DNA of 63,864 bases, filler included, from Octopus bimaculoides (lineage: Eukaryota): the NCBI RefSeq assembly GCF_001194135.2. It is 5 parts of 5 records of this genome, joined end to end, with 100 filler letters (N's around TTAATTAATTAA, not from the genome) between each part and the next. Parts side by side here need not be neighbours in the genome. Positions count along the whole stretch, not along the records: positions 30,548 to 55,495 come from NC_068986.1; positions 55,596 to 59,225 come from NC_068985.1; positions 59,326 to 62,595 come from NC_068998.1; positions 62,696 to 63,864 come from NC_068981.1; 1 more part is not named here. The stretch is one strand, 5' to 3'. Under the pieces are notes generated by a model. The model was not told where the DNA came from, did not search any database, and was given only the letters and a program-made list of their open reading frames with translations. Both the position numbers and the translations under genes were made by a program. Positions 51,331 through 63,864 of this stretch are shown piece by piece. Positions within the stretch are counted from its first letter, which is position 1, and each line of letters starts with the position of its first letter.

Positions 51331-51915
51331 TAATGTTACTTTTTCTCGAGCCCTATGGCTCTTAACATCGGTTAACTAGTTTTCCATGGTGTATAAGTGA
51401 CCGAGATGACAACATACCCACTGGATGGGATGCCAGTCCATTACACAGTTCATGGAGGGGAGGAGAAAAGTCGATTGCATCGACCCTAGTACTTGACTGC
51501 TACTTTATTTCATAGATCCCCAAAGGGATGAAGTTTGACCTCGGCAGAATTTGAACTCAGAACGTAAAGAGGCTGGAAGAAATGTCGCAAGGCGTTTTGT
51601 CTAACGTGCCAATGATTCCGCCTGCTGGCATCCTGTATATAACAATGGCCAACATAAATAATGAGTGGTAGATTGATCTCTCTTGTTTTTACATCATATA
51701 GCGAGAGGGAAGAGACACCAAAAGAGAGGTACAGAGAGAGTTAACATGAGAGGGGAAGAATGAATGCACATCCTTGGCTTATTGGCAGGCAATGTGTAAA
51801 ACACTCTACATCCTGATGCACATACAATAAGAGAGAAAATACCTTAAAGAGAGCGGAGGAGGAAAGGACATAACTGACAGAGTAGTTAGAGAGATAGGAA
51901 GGTGGGGGGAGAGAA

Positions 51916-51980
<65 letters not shown>

Positions 51981-52547
51981 TGTAGAAGAATGAAAGTGCA
52001 ATGCTTCAGAACAGTATTATATAGCATGAAAATATAGTAGTAGGAGTAGAAAGGAGATATAGCACCTTTTTCAGTCGCCCTTCAGCACTCTGCGCAGCGT
52101 TTAGTTCAACAACACTGTGCAGCTGAAAATGTAGCTCAATGAAATGTTCAAGACACGGTGATTTCTATCGTCAATGCATTGGACAAGCTTGTGGAAGGTT
52201 GGTAAGAAGTCGTAAACAATGAAAGAGGATATATTACTGGTTTATTTGTTAACATTGTTGATGAAAAATAAGGATTGGAATAAATGCAAGAAAGCAAAAC
52301 CAAAACAGTTAATATGATATCGAAAGACATTTGGACAATCCAGATTAACAGAATCCTAAAGATCGTCAAATTTCTTTACTGTATTTAGTTACGACCGTTA
52401 CGTTCTAAGCTCAAATCCCGTCAATGAGAACTTTATTTTCATTCTTCCTGGGATAAAACGAAATAACAGCCAAATACGTGTGCCGATTTAATCGACTATT
52501 TCCATCCCCTAAATTTGAGGTCTTGTGCCAATATTAGAAAGCTAATA

Positions 52548-52760
52548 AGGCGGCGAGTTGGCAGAATCATTAGCACGCCAGGCGAAATGCTTAGCAGCAT
52601 TTCGTCCCTCTTTAAGTTCTGAGTTCAAATTCCGCTAAGGTCAGCTTTGCTTCCCATCCTTTCGGAGTCGATAAAATAAGTACTAGTTGAGCACTGGAGG
52701 CGATTTAATCGACTTACTCCCTCCCCATCAATTGCTAGCCTTGTTCCAAAATTTGAAATC
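52548..52760 (+). mobile_element. ~210-bp tRNA-derived SINE, family D, with a MetaSINE-like central domain; many copies (about 3520-3730, 32010-32215, 34530-34730, 35770-35990, 39880-40075, 41710-41900, 42340-42500, 43240-43445, 51440-51625, all minus)
   Basis: GGCGGCGAGTTGGCAGAATC head, GAGTTCAAATTCC B box, and CTTCCCATCCTTTCGGAGTCGATAAAATAAGTAC central motif resembling the Meta domain (family name assigned from recall). Confidence 0.8.
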
Positions 52761-53475
52761 AGTATTAGAAAGCTAATTTTAAATAATGGAAGATGGCAGT
52801 GTAATTTGGTGTGAGGTATCAAGTTAATGACATATAATTAATTCCAATGTTAACAGTAGAAAGATAGTTTGCATTTCATGTAACTGAAAGAAGTGGGACG
52901 CTGATATAAGTAAAATGAAACTGATGAGACAGTATAAACATGTAATTTAAAATTACCTGATAACTCCATTTCGTGCAGTAAAATGACAGAACATATTTCG
53001 TGATAAGGGATATGACTTGTAGCAATTAATATTCTTGCAGAAACAAACGCAGTTGCTATGAGTTATGAGCAAATACAGAGAAGCATTGTCAAGAATATTC
53101 TAGGTTGTACAAGGAGCGATAATTCCTTGATGCAAGAGCCTCCAAACAAAACGAATTAGAGAAAGAGAATGTTCTCTCTCCTGATCCTGAAAGAATGCAT
53201 GTTTTGAGATACTTTCCCTTGAGGACATACACTCTCGATGCTGGAATCTTTAGACACAACAAGGGAACTACTGATACACACCGTTCTGAGGTTGCCTTCA
53301 GCATAGTATCAGTTGCCGACCTCTGATTTTATCAGCAGTCTAAAGAAGTCTTACTCGGGATTGAATAGAACCTATTCATAGCTAGATGCTGTGAATGTCT
53401 TGTCAGTCAGATCTACGCATCCAGGAAATCAAACAATCATGTGTTGCGTGAAGCAATTCAGATACAAGACTGTTA

Positions 53476-53536
<61 letters not shown>

Positions 53537-53614
53537 GTCATTGTATCTGCCTCTGTCTGTTTGTCTGTCTATCTATCCGTCTGTCTGTCAGTCTGTGTTA
53601 ATGTGTGTGTGTGT

Positions 53615-53702
<88 letters not shown>

Positions 53703-53706
<4 letters not shown>

Positions 53707-54140
53707 GTTAATAACACCTATAAGGAGGTGCTTTATCCATTCACCGTGAATGGAGCCTTGGTTAGGAGTAACAGATGTCGTCAGACGGCTTCCAACGTCC
53801 ATGGGGTATTTCGTTCCTGAACTGTAACACTCTCTCGTTGGTGGGTCAGCAGAGATGGCCAAGTCACTGCTCCTCATCTCCTCCTGGCTTCCAGCTTAAA
53901 TTCTTCTCTCTTACTCCAAAGCCAACAAGATGCTCTTTCTGCTGTCTCTCCCATCTTGCGCACAGCCATCCTTCGCTCCTAAACTCACATTCCAATTACT
54001 GTAGGCATCTTCCATGCTGACTGAGCAGGGAATCCCCTACAGCCAACCTCGACTGGGAAAAGCCATACCTGCCATCCCTTCTCCCTGCAATCCTGCAGAA
54101 GGCTCTCAAATCTGGGACGCTTCCGTTCATGGGCCTCACC
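53703..54140 (-). mobile_element. HERO/NeSL-clade non-LTR retrotransposon 3' fragment (restriction-like endonuclease C-terminus plus 3' UTR)
   Basis: Minus frame reads EAHERKRPRFESLLQDCREKGWQVWLFPVEVGCRGF...AERASCWLWSKR, the C-terminal pattern of HERO-like elements; contains in-frame stops. Confidence 0.7.
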
Positions 54141-55088
54141 ACACCCTAGTTACACAAACATATGCACACAAGGAGACAGAGGTGCACACACAAATACACA
54201 GACACATACAGACACACACACATACAAGCTCACAAACATGAATGCAAACACACACACAAAAACATACACACAAACACACAAGCATGAATGCACACGCACA
54301 TAGATATGCAGAATACATACATACAAACGTGCACACATGCATACACACACATATATATGCATACACACATATGCATATACACATACATGCAGAGTACATA
54401 CATACATACATACAAAGGTGCACATATGCATACATATATATATATGCATACACACATACATGCATATACATACATACATACATATGTGTATACGTACGCA
54501 CACTGCCGCACACGCATGCGCACAAAAAAAAGAAGAACGCAGTTCCGATAACGTACAGAGTCAACGACTATTGAAAAGGTTGCACGACGCAACAAAAATT
54601 TCATGAAAACAAATAAGTAAATGAGTAGAAATTAGATCGGTTTGTTAAATTAATAAGGCACTAAAAAAGAATGACTCTCCCCAGACACAGTATAATATGC
54701 TTCAATACACGAATTCACATAAAGAATCTTGCAAACCAAATACAAAAACGAAATAAGAAGCAACTGTTAGCCCATGAACAGTCTTCTAAACATCAAATAC
54801 CTCGGTTAGTAGTTCATTTTTCCTAAGCGACTTTTGGCCGCTGAAATTTGGAAGATTGTTTGTTTATTTCCTCATAATTTACGAAATATATATTCCATTC
54901 GCTTGAAATTTTCACGAAGGATAAATATTAGATATATCTAAATATGTGTAAAATATCTAGTCTCAACGTCTTATTAATCGTCTATAATAACTATTTCAAT
55001 ACACCTGTTCTTACTGCCCCTTATATTATGGCCGCTAGTGTATATATGTATACATATGTGTGTGTGTGTGTGTATACATACATACGTA

Positions 55089-55171
<83 letters not shown>

Positions 55172-55451
55172 TTGTTTCCCCACCATGGCCTGACAAGCGA
55201 TGTTGGTGTGTTTATGTCCCCGTAACTTAACAGTTCGACAAAGAGACCGATGGTATAAGTACTAAGCTTACAAAGAATAAGTCCTGGGGCCAATTTCTCC
55301 GACTAAAAGCCTTTAAGGCCATGCTCCACCATGGCCACAGTCGGATGCCTGAAACGAGTAAGAGAATAAAATAATAAATGAATACATACACATAAATACA
55401 CACACATATGTATGTATGTATGTATATACACTCATATTTGTTAACACATAC

Positions 55452-55495
<44 letters not shown>

Positions 55496-57705
55496 NNNNN
55501 NNNNNNNNNNNNNNNNNNNNNNNNNNNNNNNNNNNNNNNTTAATTAATTAANNNNNNNNNNNNNNNNNNNNNNNNNNNNNNNNNNNNNNNNNNNNATATA
55601 TATATATATATATATAATATAAATAATATATAAATATATCTATATATCTATACATATATGTACATACCTACATCTGTATGTATACATACATGCATATATG
55701 GGATCAGGACATAACAAAAACGTTAAACACGAACAGAAAGGAAAATATAAAAACGAAAACAGAAAACGAATTTTTTGGGAACAACGAAAATAAATAAACA
55801 GAGAAACGAGACATAAAGAGTATACTCCTTCGTCAGTTTTCCCTGTTCCATCTACTCCGCGTTTCGAATACATATGCATATATATGAATGTATATATGTA
55901 TGTACAATAGATATATCTATACACACACATACACAAACAAACAGAACATTATTTTCTTACATACAATCTTTCAGAGAAATGTATATAAGGGCCAAGCTTT
56001 GTATTTCCATATAATTCTGCACTTCGATCACATCTGGCGTCTGTCTCTTTTTCCTGTCCGTTTGTTTATTTTTTAACAACTGTATATATAATTTGCAAAT
56101 TATCTGTCCTTGAAAATTTTATAAATTTAAACTACTTTGGTCAATGTCTGTAATTCAAAGTATTATTACGATTAATATATTTAACTTTATCGAAGCAGTT
56201 GTTTCACTACCTTGTACAATATCTCTGATAAAATGAAAATCAAATAATCATTAACTTTAATGCAGCTTATATAATACTAAATATGATTAAAATATACGGT
56301 CTCTTTACACTCGATTTAATTTACCATTAAAGGTTAACTGAAAATATATTACAATAATTCAATAAAATTAACGTCAGCCCACACGTAATATGGCCTGGCA
56401 TTTTAAATCTTATCCTAATTTATTTGTACTTATAAACGCCTAAGTACAGCTTGCGCTTCCTGTAAATTATTTCAATGAAACTAAATTAGCATTGCATCTT
56501 ATTTTCTCTGACGCTCTAAGGAAAGTCACCATTTCAAGGATTATTATAACAATAAAATATGCCAGAATCAATAATAGTTTATGGAAGAGAAATAAGCAGA
56601 TTAGCGAAATATGAGATTTAATAAGGTTCGTATATATATTGAAATATATGCTAGAAAAACTCCCAGACGTAAAACGAAATTTTTTTCGGTAACGATACAC
56701 AAGAATGGAATTTTAATATATACATCTAGCGTACTGTTCATTATTCTTATCTTTTCGTTGATTGCGGCCATGCTGGAGAACAGTCTCAATGAATTTAGTC
56801 AAACTAATTCCCTCCCAGGACATATTTGTAAAGCCTGATATTCATCCAATCCGTCAATTTTGCGGAACTGATAAGATACTGGAATTTGAAGAAGCGAACG
56901 TCGGTTGTCAAGCGGTTGAAGAGACAAGCACATACACACATTTACAGGCGAACATACGAAATAAAAATATGCGAGTGCCAACACACATAAACTCACGAAC
57001 ACACATACATATTTATAAACAATGGGATTCTTTAGGTTTTCCTCGTGACTTGGAGATAAAGTAGAATAGTCTTACACATGGTTCTACGCAGCAGTGCTGG
57101 AAGCCAGAATCATATGCTTTGGAAACAAACATCTTATCACACAGCCACGCCTGCACCTGTTACTATAATAATTTTTATTGACACAAATAACTTACATATC
57201 GAATGCGGCCATACTAGATAGCTTTAATCGTGTCATACATAACAAGATCAGAACTTTCACCCTTTATTTTGAAGAGTATTAAATAACTGTATTACGAGTA
57301 ATAGTTATCTAGGCAAATGTATAATAATCTTTCTATATCTCAATAGCATACTTACACATATGCGAATACACGCGTATACACAAGACTATATAAATATGCA
57401 CAATGTCTTGCTGAGTTTCGAAATACAGAATTGCATTCAAATATTATTAATTAACTAGGTGTTATATAAATGAAGTACGACGTATTTCAGCTAAACACAC
57501 CACCGTGTATTTGAAGTGTTTTTATTATATGTTTATGAATCTACATTATATTACGTATGAACAAATTCCGCAAAACACAATTACACGGAAGCAAGCTGTC
57601 CCTTCATTTCAGCCACCATAAAAATCGACGAACAAAGAGAGGAATTGAAATACAATGACGCATGTGTGTGTGTGTGTGTGTGTGTGCGTGTGTGTGTGTG
57701 TGTGC

Positions 57706-57744
<39 letters not shown>

Positions 57745-58403
57745 TCGCCAAGCCAACATGACAGTCCCAAAATTAGGACGAAAGCTGCCGTGAATTAGCT
57801 CCAAGAAGCCATCGCCTCTAGCTAGCTATGTGACACACGAAACCTGTGTCCTTTATAATCTTCGAGCAGGGGAGGTCAGCAGCGTCCCCCTGCTGGTTTG
57901 GCATCTGCAGACTAGTTTCAGGGTGTTGCCCCTTGTCCATGCAGAGCAGCCAAGCCCNNNNNNNNNNNNNNNNNNNNNNNNNNNNNNNNNNNNNNNNNNN
58001 NNNNNNNNNNNNNNNNNNNNNNNNNNNNNNNNNNNNNNNNNNNNNNNNNNNNNNNNNNNNNNNNNNNNNNNNNNNNNNNNNNNNNNNNNNNNNNNNNNNN
58101 NNNNNNNNNNNNNNNNNNNNNNNNNNNNNNNNNNNNNNNNNNNNNNNNNNNNNNNNNNNNNNNNNNNNNNNNNNNNNNNNNNNNNNNNNNNNNNNNNNNN
58201 NNNNNNNNNNNNNNNNNNNNNNNNNNNNNNNNNNNNNNNNNNNNNNNNNNNNNNNNNNNNNNNNNNNNNNNNNNNNNNNNNNNNNNNNNNNNNNNNNNNN
58301 NNNNNNNNNNNNNNNNNNNNNNNNNNNNNNNNNNNNNNNNNNNNNNNNNNNNNNNNNNNNNNNNNNNNNNNNNNNNNNNNNNNNNNNNNNNNNNNNNNNN
58401 NNN

Positions 58404-58438
<35 letters not shown>

Positions 58439-58699
58439 AATATTTCAAATATATATACGCATAGGCATATATACCCACATGCACACATTTCAAAACGTAT
58501 CTATATCTATGTATACATTAATGTTTGTATTCGTATACATGTACACACATAAACACACGTATATATATATATATTTCATCATTTTCAAAACCAGTGGAAA
58601 TTCTGAAACCGGTTAAATTATGAAATAAAATATTAAAAACATATTGCAATAATTTTCAGAGCAATTTCAACTACTCTATTTCCTATATTACCCTTTTAT

Positions 58700-59085
58700 C
58701 TTTTCTTATTCCAGGCGTTTGACTGCGGCCTTGCTGGACCACCGCATTTATTCATGCCAATTGAGAACATGATTTATTCTTTCTAAGCTTAGTACTTATT
58801 CCATATGTCTCTTTTGCCGAACCGCTTTTAAGGGAAAATAAACACAACAGCATCGTTGTCAAGCAATGTAGGGGGGACAGACACACAAACACATATACTC
58901 ACTCATACACACAGAGACACACACACACACATATATATATACGACGGCCGTCTTTAAGTTTTAGTCTACGAAATCCACGCACAAGCTTTTCGTAGGCCCG
59001 ATGCTATAGTAGAAGGCACCTCTACTGGAACCGGAACAATGTGGTTAGTAAGCAAGCTACTTACCACAGAGCCACATCTGCGCCA
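58700..59085 (-). mobile_element. SINE family A
   Basis: Reverse-complement head-to-tail match. Confidence 0.8.
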
Positions 59086-59339
59086 CTGTATAATATATAT
59101 ATATTATTTATTATATATAATATATATATTTTACACAATGCATATCTATATTATATAATACGTAGCTATATATTATATACATAAATAAAATATATATATA
59201 TATATATTATATATCATTTATATATNNNNNNNNNNNNNNNNNNNNNNNNNNNNNNNNNNNNNNNNNNNNTTAATTAATTAANNNNNNNNNNNNNNNNNNN
59301 NNNNNNNNNNNNNNNNNNNNNNNNNTATTAAGATATATG

Positions 59340-59706
59340 AACCACATGGTTCTGGGTTCAGTCCCACTGCGTGGCACCTTGGGCAAGTGTCTTCTACTAT
59401 AGCCTCGGGCCGACCAAAGCCTTGTGAGTGGATTTGGTAGACGGAAACTGAAAGAAGCCCGTCGTATATATGTATATATATATATGTATGCGTGTATATG
59501 TTGTGTATCTGTGTTTGTCCCCCCAACATCGCTTGACAACCGATGCTGGTGTGCTTAGGTCCCCGTAACTTAGCGGTTCGGCAAAAAGAGACCGATATAA
59601 TAAGTACTAGGCTTACAAAGAATAAGTCCTGGGGTCGATTTGATTCGACTAAAGGCGGTGCTCCAGCATGGCCGCAGTCAAATGACTGAAACAAGTAAAA
59701 GTAAAA
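59340..59706 (+). mobile_element. SINE family A (5' end in an N gap)
   Basis: Near-consensus body and tail with CpGs intact. Confidence 0.88.
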
Positions 59707-59715
59707 GTTATATAC

Positions 59716-60739
59716 AAAATAGAATTTGAAAATGCACTGAGAATAGTTCAAATATTTTTTATTAATATATTTGAAGCTTTTACCAATTTCACAGTTTACA
59801 CTGGTTTTCAAAATGTTTAAATAGAAAGATGTGGCTTATGTCACAGCCGTCTTGCTTCTGACTAGTGTTTGAAGTTTGCTCTCTTTTTATAAGAAGTTCA
59901 CGGCTCAAATTAGCATATTTCTTTAATAGGATTTGATTGGTAGAGGAGTGTCACATGACTGGTCTTCGAAATTTTTGTGTATTAGTACCAAATGACAAAG
60001 TTTGGCGTCGTAAGTTAAGGCTGACACAGTTGACTGAAAAAGTTCAAACAATCAATTCTCTGAATGTTTTCAGTCAAGTGTTTGTAGAGAATGAACACAT
60101 GATTAAGTTTATAACCTTTTGTACAGTTCCCACTACATCCATGCATTAGTGGATGTGCGTTGTGTGTAACTGGACTGCATACAAATGACTCCAGTCTACT
60201 CTCCTACCAGACAGATTAACTTTAGAGTGCCTTGGTTATAACTAAACATGTTCACTCAACTGTGTTGGCCTTCTTTTTAGGTGTAAAATATGCTGTCATG
60301 TGATTTAATGCACGGACATAGCAGGAAACGTACAAAAGGTTATAAACTTAATCATGTGTCCATTCTCTACAAACACTTGACTGAAAACATTCAGAGCATT
60401 GATTGCTTGGACTTGTTCAACTTTAACTTACGACGCCAAACATTGTAACTTGATACTAACTCATGGACGTAGCGGGGAACCTGCAAAACTTTCTGAGACC
60501 AGTCATGCGACAAAACTCTACCAATCAAATCCTATTAAAAAAATATGCTAATTTGAGCCATGAACTTCCTATAAAAACGGAAAACTTCAAACATTAATCA
60601 GAAACAAGACAGCTGCAACATAAGCCACTTTCGATTTAAACTTTTTGAAAACCAGTGTAAACTGTGAAACCGGTTAAAGCTTCAAATATTTTAGTAAAAA
60701 TATTTCAACTATTCTCAGTGCATTTTCAACTTCTATTTT
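59716..60739. mobile_element. ~1-kb fold-back (long-TIR) non-autonomous element
   Basis: 59716-60149 is an imperfect reverse complement of 60305-60739 with a ~155-bp spacer; a partial related end lies at ~58585-58690. Confidence 0.75.
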
Positions 60740-60777
60740 CCCTATATTTCTACCCATGTGGAATAAAATAACTTTGT

Positions 60778-60815
<38 letters not shown>

Positions 60816-60833
60816 GATGTATATGTTTATATA

Positions 60834-61800
60834 GGCATGTCATCAGTTACACAGACAGCCACACTTACTAGTTATGTTGATGACACCAAAGCAGTACAAG
60901 CAGTAAAGGAACTTTCTGATGTAATCTTCTGCAGAAAGACCTAGATGCCATATATAATTGGGCTAAGGACAACAACATACAATTTAATGCAGACAAATTC
61001 CAAGCCCAGAAGTCATCGCAATGATACTTTGGACCAAAGGGAGCAGAAATCCTAGAATCACATATGGTGTGTGATCTTGGGATTGATATGAGTAACAAGG
61101 CCTCATTTCACATGCATGTCACCAAGATGGTGGCAGTGTGCAAGCGAATGGCTGAATGGATTCTGAAAACCTTCAGAACAAGGGACCAGGAAACTATGCT
61201 GGTCCTATGGAGGACATTTGTCCTCATCCGTCTTGACTACTGCTCTCAACTTTAGTCACCCTACATTGTAGGATTAACAGCAGAACTTGAGGCAGTTCAG
61301 AGATACTACACAAGGAATATTGCATCAATAGAACAACTGAGCTACTGGGAGAGACTGAAAGAGCTACGACTCTACTCCCTATAGCAAAGATGGGAGAGGT
61401 ATGCAGTGATATATGTGTGGAAGATACTGGAGGGGCTGACACCAAACTTTGGAATTGAGAATTGTACCAGACCTAGAATTAGATGTCACTGCACTGTTCC
61501 AAAAGTCCCAACTGTCTCATCTAAAGTGAGGACCATGTACTGCAATAGCTTGGGATTCAAGTGTCCACAGCTATCTAACTCCATGCGAAAGCATCTGAGG
61601 GATCTCCATGGGAGTAGATGTTTTCAAGAAACAACTTGCAATCCAAGATCCCAGATAAACCAATATCAAGGCAGGAAACTCAGAAGAGGGCAGCGGTATT
61701 AAACTGCTTCCTTCACCAAAAGCCAATCCCATAGAATTGGTCAATTAAAAGGTGATTACACTGGTGGTATCCCAGCATGGCCACAGCCTCAGGGCTGAAC
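60834..61800 (+). mobile_element. CR1/L2-group LINE 3' fragment (RT C-terminal half and 3' UTR), degenerate
   Basis: YVDDTK, FNADKFQ, DLGIDMS...F..H, WILKTFRTRD..TML.LW..FV..RLDYCSQL, IYVWKILEGL.PN motifs with frameshifts. Confidence 0.88.
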
Positions 61801-61802
61801 CC

Positions 61803-62505
61803 CTTCAAGTTCTGCTACTAATCCTACAGTGTAAGGTGACCACAGCTGAGAGCAGTAGTCCAGACGGCTGAGGACAAATGTCCTCTATAGGACCAGCATA
61901 GTTTCCTTGTTATGAAGGTTTTCAGAATCCATCCAGCCATTCGCGTGTACACTGCCACCATCTTAGTAATATGCATGTGAAACAAGGCATCGTTGCTCAT
62001 ATCAATCCCAAGATCACACACAGTATGTGATTCTAGGATTGCCACTCCTTTTGGTCCAGAGTATCAATGTTGTGACTTCTGAGCACCAATTAGCTGGTAA
62101 CGGAGGGCTTGGAATTTGCCTGCATTAAATTACCCATTTATATATGGCACCTAGGTCTTTCTGCAGATTAGCATCAGAAGGTTCCTTGACTGCTTGTATT
62201 ACTTTTGTGTTGTTAGCATAGCTAGTAAGTGTGGCTGCCTGTGTAACTGATGGCATGTCTGAAAGAGCCATGAACAGCAGCAGCCCCAATGTAGTTCCCT
62301 GGAGCACTCCACTTTCTATTACTCTCTCTGTGGAGAGGGCTCCCGTTGGCTGTTACAGCCTGGCTTCATCTTTTAAGAAGTCATGCAATCACTCTCCAGC
62401 TTTCCCAGTTATACTGAGTTTCCATTCTTTTTGACATATACTGCGATCAAACCTTATCAAAGACCTTTACAAAGTCAAGATATGTCACATCCACATTTGA
62501 GCGAA
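61803..62505 (-). mobile_element. CR1/L2-group LINE RT fragment, second copy, inverted relative to 60834-61800
   Basis: NVDVTYLDFVKVFDK, G.TGKAG.WL.DFL, SGVLQGTTLG.LLF, YANNTK, DLGIDMS; overlaps ~430 bp of the plus-strand copy in sequence. Confidence 0.85.
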
Positions 62506-62542
62506 TCATTGTTTCCACACACACACACACACACACTCACAC

Positions 62543-62595
<53 letters not shown>

Positions 62596-62868
62596 NNNNN
62601 NNNNNNNNNNNNNNNNNNNNNNNNNNNNNNNNNNNNNNNTTAATTAATTAANNNNNNNNNNNNNNNNNNNNNNNNNNNNNNNNNNNNNNNNNNNNTACAC
62701 ATATATATACATATAATTTTATATATATACATATATATATACATACATACATTTCCACACAAACACACACACACACATATGCATATGCAAACATATATAC
62801 ATATATGCGTTTAGATATACACATATGTATGTATAGATATACAAATGGATATATAGAGAGAGAGATAC

Positions 62869-62939
<71 letters not shown>

Positions 62940-62949
62940 CAGGCACACA

Positions 62950-63250
62950 CATACTTCTTTACTCTTTTACTTGTCTCAGTCATTTGACTGCGGCCATGCT
63001 GGAGCACCGCCTTTAGTCGAGCAAATCGACTCCAGGACTTATTCTTTGTAAGCCTAGTACTTATTCTATCAGTCTCTTTTGCCGAACCGCTAAGTTACGA
63101 GGACGTAAACACACCAGCATCGGTTGTCAAGCGATGTTGGGGGACAACCACAGACACACATAAACACATACACACATATACACACACACATACATATACA
63201 TATATACGACGGGCTTCTTTCAGCTTCCGTCTACCACTTGCCCAAGGTGC
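62950..63250 (-). mobile_element. SINE family A, 5'-deleted
   Basis: Near-consensus tail and body; head partly missing. Confidence 0.82.
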
Positions 63251-63548
63251 CATACACATACATATATACAGAGAGAGAGAGAGGAGAAGGAGGCGGAGAT
63301 AGAGATATATAAGTATATATATGTACCCCCCCGGGCCACCACTACACACAAAACATTTCACGTAAAATATTTATGTAACTCTCAGTTAAAAGTGCACCGA
63401 ATGATAAAAATTGCATAATTGTATATAAATGGTGTGTATATAATTAAACGTTACATACACACACTATAGCATAATATAGCATCATAATTTTACCTACATA
63501 TATATATATTTATATATATATATATATACACACACATACATATATTTT

Positions 63549-63799
63549 TATGCGCCTTTTTTAAAGCTTAGCCAGGCTCATGGGCCTGGTTTCCCGGTTT
63601 CAATGGTCTATGTGTTTCCCACCTGGACGGGACGCCAGTCCATCGCAGCGTTACTCATTTTTGCCAGCTGAATGGACTGGAGCAACGTGAAATGAAGTGT
63701 TTTGCTCAAGAACACAACGCGTCGCCCGGTCCAGAAATCGAAACCACAATCTTACGATCATGATGCTGACACCCTAACCACTAGGCCACGCGCCTCCAC
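63549..63799 (-). mobile_element. tRNA-derived SINE, family C; other copies at ~21680-21925, ~40310-40545 and ~15870-16030
   Basis: Minus strand reads GGAGGCGCGTGGCCTAGTGGTTAGG...GGTTTCGATTTCTGG...CTTGAGCAAAACACTT...CAGCTGGCAAAAATGAGTA. Confidence 0.8.
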
Positions 63800-63811
63800 A
63801 CATACATTTAT

Positions 63812-63864
<53 letters not shown>

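Noticed and set aside
52148-52369. Minus-strand ORF with a hydrophobic N-terminus (signal-peptide-like)
   Set aside because: It ends in a stop with no good in-phase donor and has no recognisable homology; hydrophobic ORFs are common in T-rich DNA.
53089-53304. Coding-like stretch on either strand
   Set aside because: There is no CH1 or other recognisable motif and no matched splice sites.
20174-63361. Numerous ORF-track entries rich in HT, CV, YI, poly-H, poly-N, poly-E or X (for example 20547-20912, 23772-24506, 37482-37712, 54136-54564, 57830-58616)
   Set aside because: They are translations of microsatellites, SINE interiors or N gaps, with no domain content.
1-63864. CRISPR array, rRNA or prokaryotic operon-type system
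   Set aside because: There are no regularly spaced repeat-spacer units, no rRNA-like sequence and no dense ORF clusters; the window is a eukaryotic intron-rich locus.

Overview
AT-rich, microsatellite-dense animal genomic DNA, most likely octopus (inferred from the SINE repertoire and repeat density; not confirmed by search). The minus strand carries the 5' part of a nesprin-1 / SYNE1 / MSP-300-like gene. I reconstructed 11 phase-compatible GT-AG exons from 29351 down to 2543 (2238 nt, 746 aa), encoding the CH1-CH2 linker, the full CH2 calponin-homology domain and the first spectrin repeats; the gene continues past the left edge. No CH1 exon was recognised in the 34.5 kb upstream, but an ATG-initiated, in-phase candidate alternative first exon lies at 36413-36529, suggesting an internal promoter and a CH1-less isoform. 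The rest is intronic or intergenic DNA with tRNA-derived SINEs, fragments of RTE, CR1/L2-group, Dong/R4, HERO and Penelope retroelements, Tc1/mariner, hAT and piggyBac-like DNA transposon remnants, and several long inverted repeats. I see no clearly new multi-gene system. The strongest leads are the candidate CH1-less isoform, a CpG-depletion step near 30 kb, a SINE/LINE shared 3' tail with a compensatory stem change, a locally templated 110-bp inverted insertion, a recursive-splice-like exon and a set of intronic fold-back structures. All calls were made by eye, without database searches.
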